Assembly (NCBI GenBank): GCA_041687695.1
Contig: JAWLBL010000029.1
Location: 52,258-116,257, forward strand
Direction: 5' to 3'
Origin: Myxococcota bacterium
Lineage (GTDB): Bacteria > Myxococcota_A > UBA9042 > PHBI01 > JAWLBL01
DNA length: 64,000 bases
The notes beneath the pieces are model-generated. The model worked only from the letters and a program-made list of their open reading frames with translations. It was not told the DNA's origin and searched no databases. The translations under genes and the position numbers were made by a program. Shown here one piece after another: positions 11,701 to 23,053 of this stretch. The first letter of the stretch is position 1. Every line of letters starts with the position of its first letter.

Positions 11701-11729
11701 TTGCCGTCGCCGTCAGCGCCGGGCAGAGT
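11701..11729 (+). promoter_or_regulatory. Putative sigma70 promoter (TTGCCG-N17-CAGAGT), near-leaderless; homologous copies at 13445 and 15639
   Basis: Hexamers with 17-bp spacing just upstream of ATG 11739; the same layout is kept in both copies. Confidence 0.5.
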
Positions 11730-11738
11730 TGTCGCGTC

Positions 11739-12086
11739 ATGGTCACCGAAGCCCAGGTCCGCCAGATCGCCCTGTCCCTGCCGGGCGCCTTCGAGCAGCC
11801 CTCCTACGGCGGCCGCCCCTCCTGGCGCACCAAGCCGCGCATGTTCGCCTGGCTGCGCGAAGACCCCGTCGCCCTGGTCGTCTGGGTCGCGTCCCTGGAC
11901 GCCATGCGGGCCCTGCTCGCTGGCGAGCCCGACACCTTCTTCACCACACCCCACTACGACGGCCACTCCATCGTCCTGGTGCGCCTCGAGGCCGTCACCG
12001 TCGCCCGCGCGACCGAGCTCATCACCCAGTCCTGGCGCCTGCGCGCCCCCGCCTCGCTGGTCGGCCGAAGGGACCGCGACGGGTGA
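11739..12086 (+). CDS. MmcQ/YjbR family protein
   Basis: VRQIALSLPGAFEQPSYGG and FFTTPHYDGHSIVLVRL motifs. Confidence 0.88.
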   Translation: MVTEAQVRQIALSLPGAFEQPSYGGRPSWRTKPRMFAWLREDPVALVVWVASLDAMRALLAGEPDTFFTTPHYDGHSIVLVRLEAVTVARATELITQSWRLRAPASLVGRRDRDG

Positions 12087-12158
12087 CGGGCGGTGCCTCC
12101 TCGGCGCCCGGCACATCGCTCACGTGCAGGTGCCGACCGTCCACGCGCCCTCGCCGCA

Positions 12159-12199
12159 TTGACAGGACGACGCTCCGCTCTCTATTCTCGAATCGAGAA
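12159..12199 (+). promoter_or_regulatory. Promoter TTGACA-N18-TATTCT with an overlapping perfect palindrome TTCTCGA-A-TCGAGAA (likely autoregulatory operator)
   Basis: Read directly from the sequence upstream of ATG 12213. Confidence 0.6.
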
Positions 12200-12212
12200 C
12201 GCAGGAGAAGTC

Positions 12213-12767
12213 ATGGGTGCCACGCGAGGCCCTGAGCCTCTGAAACCGCAGGACATCATGGTCTTGCTAGCTGTCCTGACCGTGGATCCGGGCTGGAGCT
12301 TCGCGAGCCTCGCGGCGCTCCTCGACATGTCGTCCTCGCACGTCCACGCCGCTCTCGGACGTGCGGGTCACGCCCATCTCTACTCGCCGCGCCGACGCTC
12401 CGTGAACACCCACGCGTTGCTCGAGTTCATCGAGCACGGCATCCGTTATGCCTTCCCGGCCGCTCCCGGCCGCCTCACATCCGGAGTTCCCACCGCCCAC
12501 TCGGCGCCCCCGCTGTCGGACATGCTAGCCGGGGCATCACCCCATCCCTACGTCTGGCCCGCCCCTGAGGGGGACGTCGTCGGCGAGGAGATCCAGCCCC
12601 TGTACCCGACGGCACCCCGAATCGCCTCGAAGTCCCCAGCGCTATACGCCTTGTTGGCGCTCGTCGATGGGGTCAGGGTGGGCGCCGTCCGCGAGCGTAA
12701 GCTGGCGGTGAACGCACTGAAGCAGAGGCTCGCGCACGATGCACGACAACCTCGTCTCGATGGCTGA
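12213..12767 (+). CDS. HTH protein, putative antitoxin of a type IV (AbiE-like) pair
   Basis: LKPQDI..L HTH start, LLEFIEHGIRYAFP, GVPTAHSAPPL and LYALLALVDGVRVG motifs; overlaps the downstream nucleotidyltransferase. Confidence 0.7.
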   Translation: MGATRGPEPLKPQDIMVLLAVLTVDPGWSFASLAALLDMSSSHVHAALGRAGHAHLYSPRRRSVNTHALLEFIEHGIRYAFPAAPGRLTSGVPTAHSAPPLSDMLAGASPHPYVWPAPEGDVVGEEIQPLYPTAPRIASKSPALYALLALVDGVRVGAVRERKLAVNALKQRLAHDARQPRLDG

Positions 12768-13419
12768 GGTCGCCAGAGCCCTCGAAGGCCTGCCTTGGCC
12801 CGTCGTTTTCGTCGGCGGAACGACAATAGGGCTCTACCTACAGCCGTTTGGGGCCATGCGGGTACGGGTCACCGAAGACGTCGATTGCGTCGTTCCGGTA
12901 AGAACACGCACGGAGTTCGCCGAGTTGGAGCAGCAGCTTCGCCAGCGAGGTTTCGAGCACCACGCTGAACCGGGCGCGCCAGTTTGTCGATGGCGCCTGG
13001 GCGAACGTGTCGTAGACATCATGCCCGACGACGAGCACGTGCTTGGCTTCACGAACCGCTTCTATCGCAGCGGCTGCGAGCACGCGCGTACCATCGAACT
13101 CGACGACGGCACCTCGGTCTCCATCATGCGACCTGCCTGGGCGCTGGCGACCAAGGTCGAAGCCTTCCAAGGCCGCGGCACTTCAGATCCCTGGGTCAGC
13201 GAGGACTTGGAGGACATCGTGGCGCTACTGGCGAGCTGCGACGACTTGCTGGACGACCTGTCGACGGCCGGTCAGGACGTGACGTCAGCGGTCGCCCAAT
13301 GGGCTTGCGCGTTTATGGTCCGAGCTGAATGGCGCGAACTGATTGAAGCCCATCTGGTCCGCAGAGATTGGGCATCCCGGGTGGAAGACCGGCTGAACGC
13401 CATAGCGGCCATGCAGTGA
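12739..13419 (+). CDS. Nucleotidyltransferase-fold protein, putative type IV toxin
   Basis: VFVGG...R.TEDVD motif, VDIMP, LATKVEAF.GRG and SEDLEDI. Confidence 0.72.
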   Translation: MHDNLVSMAEVARALEGLPWPVVFVGGTTIGLYLQPFGAMRVRVTEDVDCVVPVRTRTEFAELEQQLRQRGFEHHAEPGAPVCRWRLGERVVDIMPDDEHVLGFTNRFYRSGCEHARTIELDDGTSVSIMRPAWALATKVEAFQGRGTSDPWVSEDLEDIVALLASCDDLLDDLSTAGQDVTSAVAQWACAFMVRAEWRELIEAHLVRRDWASRVEDRLNAIAAMQ

Positions 13420-13529
13420 TGACTACCCGACCGACGAGGCCGACTTGCCGTCATCGACGGTCGCAGGCACAGTGCTCGCGCACGAAGCCCAGGCCCGCCA
13501 AGCCGCCCTTTTCCTGCCCGGAGCCCCGC

Positions 13530-13994
13530 ATGAAGAGCCTTCGACGTCTGACGAGCGCCCTCCCGCTGCTGGCCAGCGCGGTCGCGGCGACCGGCTGCGA
13601 CGACGACTGGAAGCGAACCCAGCTCGCGGACCAGGGCGTCGCGTGCCTCGTGCCCGCCGAGCAGGGCACCGCGCCGGAACCGAACATGGACCCGGACCCC
13701 ATCGCCGTCGGCGACGAGGTCTTCGTCTACGTCGTCCTCGACCCCTGCGCGACGCTCCAGTGTGACCGCGTCGAGTCGGCCTCTTGCGAGGCGACGCTGG
13801 ACGGCCACGTCATCCGCGTGACCAGCCGGGCCACCGTGGCCACGAACACCGACGTGGATGGCTGCCCGGCCGCCTGCCTGCCAGTCGAGGCGACCTGCTC
13901 CGTCGGCGTGCTGCCGGCCGGCACCTACACCGTCCTGCACGCCGGCACCACGCGCACCGTGACCCTCCCCGGCACCGACGCATGCCCCCAGTGA
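13530..13994 (+). CDS. Small Cys-rich lipoprotein, copy 1
   Basis: Signal peptide plus ATGC lipobox; near-identical to 15732..16196. Confidence 0.75.
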   Translation: MKSLRRLTSALPLLASAVAATGCDDDWKRTQLADQGVACLVPAEQGTAPEPNMDPDPIAVGDEVFVYVVLDPCATLQCDRVESASCEATLDGHVIRVTSRATVATNTDVDGCPAACLPVEATCSVGVLPAGTYTVLHAGTTRTVTLPGTDACPQ

Positions 13995-13998
13995 CGCG

Positions 13999-14526
13999 AT
14001 GTGGTCAGATCTAGCGATATTCGTCGTCGGCACATCAATCTTCTTGGCGCTGGTGGCGTGGCCAGACAGTCATGCCGAGCGTGAACTCAGAAAAACCTGG
14101 CAGGAGACCGGGGCAAGGCTTGGCATGCACGTGACGCGACGAGGGTTCGCACGGGAAATGCGGCTTCGGGGGATCGCGGGCGCCTGGCTGATTGAAGCGA
14201 CCGATTGGACGCAGCCGCTGCGACGCGGCGACCGCGCGATACTCTTTCGCATAGTTCCCGCCCACAAGGGGACTGGCTTGGATGATATCTCCAACAGCGG
14301 AGTGCGAGAGCAGCTCCAGGCCGCGTTCCGAGCACTCGGTCTACCGTCTGAAATCGTCGTCCGAAAGCGCCTTCTAGCTGGGCGGTGCCAGCTGCCACGC
14401 GATGCCGCCACATTGGAAGCCGTGCTGCACCACGTCGCCAATGCTGCACGCAGCCTCAATCTCATGTCGACACGGGGTCCGGGTGCGCCAAGCAATGGAA
14501 CCCGATCGAGGACCACCAGAACTTGA
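13999..14526 (+). CDS. Hypothetical membrane-anchored protein
   Basis: N-terminal TM helix; atypical, lower-GC codon use. Confidence 0.5.
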   Translation: MWSDLAIFVVGTSIFLALVAWPDSHAERELRKTWQETGARLGMHVTRRGFAREMRLRGIAGAWLIEATDWTQPLRRGDRAILFRIVPAHKGTGLDDISNSGVREQLQAAFRALGLPSEIVVRKRLLAGRCQLPRDAATLEAVLHHVANAARSLNLMSTRGPGAPSNGTRSRTTRT

Positions 14527-14551
14527 CTTTTGATCAAGTCGCACCTAGGTT
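14521..14551 (+). promoter_or_regulatory. Promoter TTGACT-N17-TAGGTT with palindrome ACTTGA-N7-TCAAGT
   Basis: Directly upstream of the DUF4258/MqsA-like pair. Confidence 0.55.
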
Positions 14552-14557
14552 GAGGAC

Positions 14558-14841
14558 GTGGCTGACGGACCCCTCGATAGAGCCCGAGCGAGGCAGGCCA
14601 TCCGCGCTGCGCTGTCGAGTGGTTGTGTCATCTTCAGTGCGCGCATGCTCGTGAGGAGATGCGCAACGACGGCATGGACGAGCTCGACGTCTTCAACGTG
14701 CTTCGCGCAGGTGTGGTCGAGCCGGGCGAGTGGGAGCACGGGAGCTGGCGCTATCGGGTCCGCCGGGGCCGTCACTTCGTGGTCGTGTGCTTCCCGGCCG
14801 AGTTGGCTGTCCTGGTCGTGACAGCGTGGAGGGTTCGATGA
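14558..14841 (+). pseudogene. DUF4258-like (RelE/HigB-type) toxin with a 2-bp frameshift near 14640
   Basis: One frame gives ...GCVIFSA and the next gives HAREEMRNDGMDELDVFNVLRAG...WRYRV...VVTAWR. Removing one GC from tgcgcgcat joins them. Confidence 0.7.
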
Positions 14842-15311
14842 GGTGCTACGTCTGCGGACAGGGAGAGCTGAAGGAGCGCCGCGAGAGCATTCCGTACCGA
14901 GCTCTGCCGGGGGTCGTTCTCGATGACATCCAGGTACAGACGTGTACGGTCTGCGGAGAGCGCTTCGAGTCGATCCCGGCCATGGCCAGCTTGAACCGTG
15001 AGCTGGCCAAGGCGCTGGTTCGGAAACGGGCGCGGTTGACGCCCGAGGAGATTCGGTTCCTGCGGAAGTCGGTCGGATGGTCGGCGCGTGAACTCAGCGA
15101 GCACCTGCGTGTCGATCCCTCGACGGTCTCGCGCTGGGAGAGCGGCAAGCAGTCGCCTTCACCGCAGCTCGATCTCCTGATTCGCTTCGTCGTTCAGAAC
15201 GCCGATCCCATGGAGCCGTTCGACGACAGGGAGGCGGGGCGCGCCGAACCCGAGCCCCTGGCGGAGCACTTCCAGCACGGCGAGTCGTGGGTGCGAGCCC
15301 GGACCGGCTGA
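14838..15311 (+). CDS. MqsA/YgiT-type zinc-finger plus Cro-HTH antitoxin
   Basis: CYVCG...CTVCGE zinc finger and LTPEEIRFLRK...STVSRWESG; ATGA overlap with the toxin. Confidence 0.88.
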   Translation: MRCYVCGQGELKERRESIPYRALPGVVLDDIQVQTCTVCGERFESIPAMASLNRELAKALVRKRARLTPEEIRFLRKSVGWSARELSEHLRVDPSTVSRWESGKQSPSPQLDLLIRFVVQNADPMEPFDDREAGRAEPEPLAEHFQHGESWVRARTG

Positions 15312-15379
15312 CCCTCGGACTCCGAACTCGGAATCTCGGAACTGGCATGGAGCGTCTTCAGATGCGGTATGCGGGTCAA

Positions 15380-15460
15380 TCAGCGAGCTCGTCGAGTGGC
15401 GCGTCGAAAGTCGTCGGTCATCGTCATCCCTCCCCGGCCTCCCCAGCCGAGGTCGCGAAC
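15380..15460 (-). pseudogene. 3'-end relic of the Phd-type antitoxin at 18332..18559
   Basis: Encodes [27 protein letters not shown] (one extra A), versus [27 protein letters not shown]. Confidence 0.75.
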
Positions 15461-15493
15461 CCTTGGTGGAGCGGTTCCAGCGTCGTGAGCGGG

Positions 15494-15541
15494 CGCGCCG
15501 CGAGCGGCGCGATCCAGAGCCCTCGCGAGCGAGGGCACTCC
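15494..15541. repeat. REP-like double hairpin ending GCACTCC (copy 1 of 4)
   Basis: cgcgccgcgagcggcgcg-atcca-gagccctcgcgagcgagggcactcc; homologues at 19292, 19380 and 25877. Confidence 0.75.
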
Positions 15542-15731
15542 GTTTGGCGCGTCGTCACCTGGGACCGCCGGCTTCCAGCCGGCCTGAACCTGCACCGCCC
15601 TCAGCGCGCCCTCCCCGTCGGGCGCCGGCGAGACCAGCTTGCCGTCGTCGTCAGCGCCAGGCAGAGTTGTCGCGCCACGATCAACGAAGCCCAGGCCCTT
15701 CAGGCCGCCGTGTCCCGTCCCGGAGCCCCGC

Positions 15732-16196
15732 ATGATGAGCTTGCGACACCTGACGAGCAGCCTCGCGCTGCTGACATGCGCCGCTGTCGCGACCGCCTGC
15801 GACGACGACTGGAAGCGAACCCAGCTCGCGGACCAGGGCGTCGCCTGCCTCGTGCCCGCCGAGCAGGGCACCGCGCCGGAACCGAACATGGACCCGGACC
15901 CCATCGTCGTTGGCGACGAGGTCTTCGTCTACGTCGTCCTCGACCCCTGCGCGACGCTCCAGTGCGACCGCGTCGAGTCGGCCTCCTGCGAGGCGACGCT
16001 GGACGGCCACGTCATCCGCGTGACCAGCCGCGCCACCGTCGCGACGGACACCGACGCGTCTGTATGTCCGACCATGTGCCTGGCCGTCCAGGCGACCTGC
16101 TCCGTCGGCGCCCTGCCGGCCGGCACCTACACCGTCCTGCACGCCGGTACGACGCGCACCGTGACCCTCCCCGGCACCGACGTCTGCGATCAATGA
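15732..16196 (+). CDS. Small Cys-rich lipoprotein, copy 2
   Basis: Mature region nearly identical to 13530..13994; differs in the signal peptide and a C-terminal Cys loop. Confidence 0.75.
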   Translation: MMSLRHLTSSLALLTCAAVATACDDDWKRTQLADQGVACLVPAEQGTAPEPNMDPDPIVVGDEVFVYVVLDPCATLQCDRVESASCEATLDGHVIRVTSRATVATDTDASVCPTMCLAVQATCSVGALPAGTYTVLHAGTTRTVTLPGTDVCDQ

Positions 16197-16336
16197 CCAG
16201 AGCCTCCGCCGCGACGTAGATCGCTACGTGAAGTCGCATCCAGCGCTTCCAACGTCATTGACGCTTTGATACCGGTACAACAGCACGACCGGCCCGCGGG
16301 CTGAATCCGCACGACACCCTCGCCCGCAGAGGATAT

Positions 16337-17383
16337 ATGCCTGCTTTTTCGACCTGGATGAAGCTGACGAAGCGGTTCGCGATGACTCCGTCCGGGTTCG
16401 TAGTGAACACACAGCGGGAACCTTCGTCAGGCGTCGCCCTCGATTTCGGGGAGCAGCCGGCATCGGCCCTTGCATTTTCGGCAGACGGCAAGCGGCTTGC
16501 CGTCTCTGGCGGCGGAATGATTCACGGCCCTGTGGGTATCCACGTGTTCGATGTCGAGTCGGGCGAGCGCACGACCGTGTGCACCTACCACCGCATGGGT
16601 GTTCACGACCTGGCCTTCGCGTCCGACGGACTACTGGCGTCGGTGAGCCACGATTACACGGCGGTGATCTGGAACCTCGAAGCCCGCGATGCCATCTGCT
16701 TGCTCGCCGAGGAGTGGGCCGGCGCGGTATCCCGGCAGAGCACGGTCATCGCCGGAAACAGGCTGCTCGTAGCCGACGGCATGACCTGGGTCGGCAACCG
16801 AGCCTCGCTGCACGCATTCGACCTGGACACCGGGGCGCACCGCCAATGGCTCACCTTGCCCAAGAAGGCGGGAATCGGAGACCTGCGTCTCGCGCCTGGG
16901 ATGGCGTCCGTCGTAGCGCTCTTGGCGTCGGACATGCGCGAGATGGAGCCGCCGTTCGATGTGCTACGCCTCGATCTCGACGGCCGCGAGATCGGGCGAT
17001 TCCAATTCGATCACGCCATCTACCACCTGGAGGCGGCACGTGACGGGCTAGTCGTCATCATCGGGATGAGCTATGAGGACGACGACGAGGGCACATTCGC
17101 CTGGACCATCGACCTTCAGGGGGACGCTGTCGCCCGACGAAAGCTCGGAGATCACATCGGCGGATCCGCAGCGAGGTCCAGCAACGGCGATCGCGTGGCC
17201 ATCGGCTTCGAGGATCGAGTCGAAATTTGTGCGGTCGACACTCTAGAGCCGCTCGCCCGCTTCTCTCTCGACAGCCACGTCGTTGGTGTGGCCTGGTCTC
17301 CGGACGACCGGTGGATAGCGGCGGGCACCCAGGACGGAAAGGTTCAGCTGTTAGACCCCCGAACCTCACCCTGGGACCGGTAA
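16337..17383 (+). CDS. WD40-like beta-propeller protein
   Basis: LAFSADGKRLAVS, LASVSHDYTAVIWN and VAWSPDDRWIAAGTQDGKVQL repeats. Confidence 0.75.
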   Translation: MPAFSTWMKLTKRFAMTPSGFVVNTQREPSSGVALDFGEQPASALAFSADGKRLAVSGGGMIHGPVGIHVFDVESGERTTVCTYHRMGVHDLAFASDGLLASVSHDYTAVIWNLEARDAICLLAEEWAGAVSRQSTVIAGNRLLVADGMTWVGNRASLHAFDLDTGAHRQWLTLPKKAGIGDLRLAPGMASVVALLASDMREMEPPFDVLRLDLDGREIGRFQFDHAIYHLEAARDGLVVIIGMSYEDDDEGTFAWTIDLQGDAVARRKLGDHIGGSAARSSNGDRVAIGFEDRVEICAVDTLEPLARFSLDSHVVGVAWSPDDRWIAAGTQDGKVQLLDPRTSPWDR

Positions 17384-17508
17384 CCGTCCGAGGTCTCCGC
17401 ATTCGGCGGAACCACACCCTGGGAGGGGTTAAGACGGAACCTCACCATGGGACCGGTTGCCGACCAGGTCAGGGATACCAGGTGAAGGAACACGGGTACG
17501 TCATCGGC

Positions 17509-17910
17509 ATGAGCAAAACATCCAGCCAGAAGGCGCGCCTCTGGGCTACGGTCGTGCTGGTCGTAGGCCTGGCGCTCGGTTCGTTCGTATGGCACAGCCT
17601 GAGCAGGAAGAAGGGCGACGACATCGACGGTCGGAAGGTGATGCTCAGGAATTTGGCCAACGCCCTCCAACTCTATTCGGCCGCGAACGGAACGTTCCCT
17701 CGCTCGCTCGAGGACTTGGTTGAGGAGCGGCTCATCTCGCCCGAGCACCTCGAAGCCAGTGATGTCGGGCGGTTCGTCTATGCACCGCCCGACAGCGTGC
17801 AGTCCGATGAGTTCACGCTTTGCCTGCTGGGTCCCGATGGCAGGGACGACTCCGGGGACGACATCTGCTACGACCCAGTGATGCACACGCTGAACGGGCT
17901 GAGGCGGTAG
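17509..17910 (+). CDS. Membrane-anchored protein with a GspG-like (T2SS pseudopilin) C-terminal domain
   Basis: TM helix, then LANALQLY...G.FP.SLEDL and GPDGRDDSGDDI; no prepilin cleavage motif seen. Confidence 0.55.
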   Translation: MSKTSSQKARLWATVVLVVGLALGSFVWHSLSRKKGDDIDGRKVMLRNLANALQLYSAANGTFPRSLEDLVEERLISPEHLEASDVGRFVYAPPDSVQSDEFTLCLLGPDGRDDSGDDICYDPVMHTLNGLRR

Positions 17911-17933
17911 AGGGCGTCGAGGGGCATCGCAGC

Positions 17934-18320
17934 TCACCAGAGACGCGTCACGGCGTAGGCGTCGAAGGAGGGGTCGGCGCTGAGTACGGTCAGGCCTTCC
18001 TCGAGGGCTTGAGCTGCCAGGAGGCGATCGAAGGGATCCCGGTGGTGAAACGGGAGGTCCCGGACGCGCAGCACGTGCGCTTCCAAGATGGGCAGCGGTG
18101 CGATGCCGATCGTCGTGCGGGCCTGGGCGAGGACCTGGCGGAGCGGCTCTCGCAGGGACAACTTGCCGGTCGAGAGCTTGATGGCCATCTCCCAGGCGCT
18201 CGCTACGCTCATGAAGAGCTCGCTGGAGGTGTCGGCACAGACGGCGCGAGCTCGATCGCCGAGTCGCTCCGGCGTGTGCCGCATCCAAAGAAAGGTGTGG
18301 GTGTCCAACAGGTAGGGCAC
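17934..18320 (-). CDS. vapC: PIN-domain toxin (VapC family)
   Basis: YLLDTHTFLW, SVASAWEMAIK and HRDPFDRLLAAQA motifs. Confidence 0.93.
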   Translation of the reverse strand: MPYLLDTHTFLWMRHTPERLGDRARAVCADTSSELFMSVASAWEMAIKLSTGKLSLREPLRQVLAQARTTIGIAPLPILEAHVLRVRDLPFHHRDPFDRLLAAQALEEGLTVLSADPSFDAYAVTRLW

Positions 18321-18331
18321 GCGGACCGACC

Positions 18332-18594
<263 letters not shown>

Positions 18595-18613
18595 CCCGAC
18601 GGATTCGAGGGCG

Positions 18614-18637
18614 GGTGTCAGGGTTCATCACCTTTCA
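18614..18637 (+). repeat. RAYT-end-like motif GGTGTCAGGGTTCATCACCTTTCA
   Basis: 22/24 identical to 63612..63635; a weaker copy lies at 19151..19173. Confidence 0.6.
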
Positions 18638-18673
18638 CTTCTAGCCTGGTGACGATCCCTGGCGCCAGGACGG

Positions 18674-19111
18674 CTAGTTTCGGAATTTGTCGTCGTCGGA
18701 GCCGCCATCTACGCCGGCCCGTTGCTTGTCGGCGGGTTCGCGCGCAACGGCTCTCAGGTCGATTCCGTGGAAACGCTCGAGCTTCTCGCGGCCGAGTTGG
18801 AGCCAGGTCTTGCGCTTGTTCGGGCCCAGTGAGTCTTCTGAGTCGTCGATGCCGACGAAGCCGGGGATCTGGTAGGAGACGATCTCCAGGCGGCCGCTGA
18901 TGTGGTCGATGATCATGGGCACGACCTCGACGTTCGGCTCCCTGGCGCCCTCGCGCCAATCCACGACCCGGGTCGCCCACGCGTGCACCTTGACGCGGTA
19001 CGTGTGCTCCTCTTCGGCCTCATCGGCTCGAGCGTAGAAGATGCCCCAGGTGGGCACGCTCGCGGGCGTGATGGCGAGGATCTTGCGGTCGTCGATGATG
19101 CCAAGGGACAT
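18674..19111 (-). CDS. Hypothetical protein
   Basis: ORF with GGAG RBS and plausible codon use; no family recognised. Confidence 0.55.
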   Translation of the reverse strand: MSLGIIDDRKILAITPASVPTWGIFYARADEAEEEHTYRVKVHAWATRVVDWREGAREPNVEVVPMIIDHISGRLEIVSYQIPGFVGIDDSEDSLGPNKRKTWLQLGREKLERFHGIDLRAVAREPADKQRAGVDGGSDDDKFRN

Positions 19112-19291
19112 TCGGGCTCCTTGCTTTCGCAAGTAGATGGCGTTTGTGAAGGGTCAGGGTTGAGGACTTTTCATGCTCTGGCGGCTTCCGGAGCGGCGCG
19201 TGATGGCTGACAGGCGGAATCTTCGCAGAGTCGGCCGGCGAAGTCGCCTGGCAGGGCGCCGAAATCGACTTGCCGGTGGAGAGCTTCCGGG

Positions 19292-19428
19292 GGCGCCGCG
19301 AGCGGCGCGATCCAGCGAGCCCGCGCGAGCGCGGGCACTCCGGGAGGCGAAGGCGGGCGTGGCCGAACGTCCCGACCTTGGCGCCGCGAGCGGCGCCATC
19401 CGGGAGCCCGCGCGAGCGCGGGCACTCC
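19292..19428. repeat. Two tandem REP-like double hairpins ending GCACTCC (copies 2 and 3)
   Basis: gcgccgcgagcggcgc...gagcccgcgcgagcgcgggcactcc occurs twice. Confidence 0.75.
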
Positions 19429-19446
19429 GAGTGGCGACGCCAGATC

Positions 19447-21858
<2,412 letters not shown>

Positions 21859-21886
21859 GGGCGATGTTCCTGAGGGCTGGGGCGGT

Positions 21887-22255
21887 TCAGAGGGGGGCGA
21901 GCTGGAGGCGGCCGTAGGCGACGAAGGCGCAGAGGGCGGCCACGACGAGCCAATAGACCATGGGGCCGCGGCTCTTGTCACCGGACGCGAGGTGCAGCGC
22001 GGTGAAGAGGAGCATCTCGGCGGCGATGACGAGCGCCGCGACGGGGACCGCGATGGCCCAGGGCTCGTGGAGGAGCGGAACGACGAGGGCCACGCTGGCG
22101 AGCAGCTCGACGACGCTCATCCCGAGCCAGGCCGGCTGCGGGATCACCCCCAGCGAGGGCATCGTCTTCTCGGGCGGGTTGGAGAACTTCCAGACCGCGC
22201 CGATGGCGGTGTGCAAGGCGAGCAGGATCTGCAGGACCCACAGGGCGATGTTCAT
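21887..22255 (-). CDS. DoxX-family membrane protein
   Basis: MNIALWVLQILLALH start and four hydrophobic segments. Confidence 0.8.
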   Translation of the reverse strand: MNIALWVLQILLALHTAIGAVWKFSNPPEKTMPSLGVIPQPAWLGMSVVELLASVALVVPLLHEPWAIAVPVAALVIAAEMLLFTALHLASGDKSRGPMVYWLVVAALCAFVAYGRLQLAPL

Positions 22256-22692
22256 GGCAACCTCGCGAGCAGCTCGACCAGGCGGCCGCCCATCATCTTC
22301 CAGCCGTAGCGGGCGCCGCCGGCGTTCTGCTTCTGGGCCGGCTCGAAGCCCGACTGGACGAGCGACAGCCGGGTGCCGGCGTCGGTCGGCGTCAGCGTGA
22401 AGGTGACGACCGTGTCGATGTCGCCGACCACCCAGCGCCAGCTGAGGCGAGTGTGTTCTTCGACCTCGAGCATCTTGCAGTGCACGGTGCCGTCCCAGCC
22501 AGGTTGCGGCTGGGTCTTCAGCTTGAACGCGGCGCCCGGCTGGAGTTCGAAGCCGATGGCGGGCAGGAGCCACTCGCTGAGCAGCTCGGGGTCGGTCAGC
22601 GCGCGCCAGACCTTGGCGGGCGAATGCTGCAGATCGAAGTCGAACGCTATGGATTCGTTCTGCGACGGGGCGGTCTTGTCGACGATGCTCAT
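22252..22692 (-). CDS. SRPBCC/AHSA1-like protein
   Basis: PAKVWRALTDPELLSEW, TVVTFTL and GTRLSLVQSGF motifs. Confidence 0.9.
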   Translation of the reverse strand: MSIVDKTAPSQNESIAFDFDLQHSPAKVWRALTDPELLSEWLLPAIGFELQPGAAFKLKTQPQPGWDGTVHCKMLEVEEHTRLSWRWVVGDIDTVVTFTLTPTDAGTRLSLVQSGFEPAQKQNAGGARYGWKMMGGRLVELLARLP

Positions 22693-23018
22693 TCGTCCAT
22701 CCTGTCCAGCAGTCGCTCGAGGCGGTCCATGTGCTCGGTCCAGAAGGCGCGGTAGTGCGCGATCCAGTCGATGAGCGGCTGCATCCCGCGCGGGTCCACC
22801 CGGTAGTAGACGCAGCGCCCCTCCTTGCGGCCGCTCACCAGACCGGCGCCCTTCAACGTGGCGAGGTGCTGCGAGACCGCCGGCTGCGAGATGTCGAAGC
22901 GAGCGGTCAGGTCCTTGACCGCCGCCTCCCCCCTCGTCAACGCCTCGAAGATCGCCCGCCGGCTGGGGTCCGCCAGGGCGTGAAAGATCCGGTCCTCGGC
23001 TGTGGCCGCGCTCTGCAT
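22689..23018 (-). CDS. ArsR/SmtB-family regulator
   Basis: FHALADPSRRAI and SQPAVSQHLATLKGAGLV motifs; the start could also be 23024. Confidence 0.92.
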   Translation of the reverse strand: MQSAATAEDRIFHALADPSRRAIFEALTRGEAAVKDLTARFDISQPAVSQHLATLKGAGLVSGRKEGRCVYYRVDPRGMQPLIDWIAHYRAFWTEHMDRLERLLDRMDE

Positions 23019-23026
23019 GCGCATCC

Positions 23027-23053
23027 AATAAGCGAATGCTTATTTGATGTCAA
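23027..23053 (-). promoter_or_regulatory. ArsR operator palindrome AATAAGC-N4-GCTTATT next to a TTGACA box
   Basis: Palindrome at 23027..23044; TTGACA on the minus strand at 23048..23053. Confidence 0.65.

Noticed and set aside
17509..17910. Type II secretion operon
   Set aside because: A single orphan GspG-like domain without a prepilin motif or other gsp genes.
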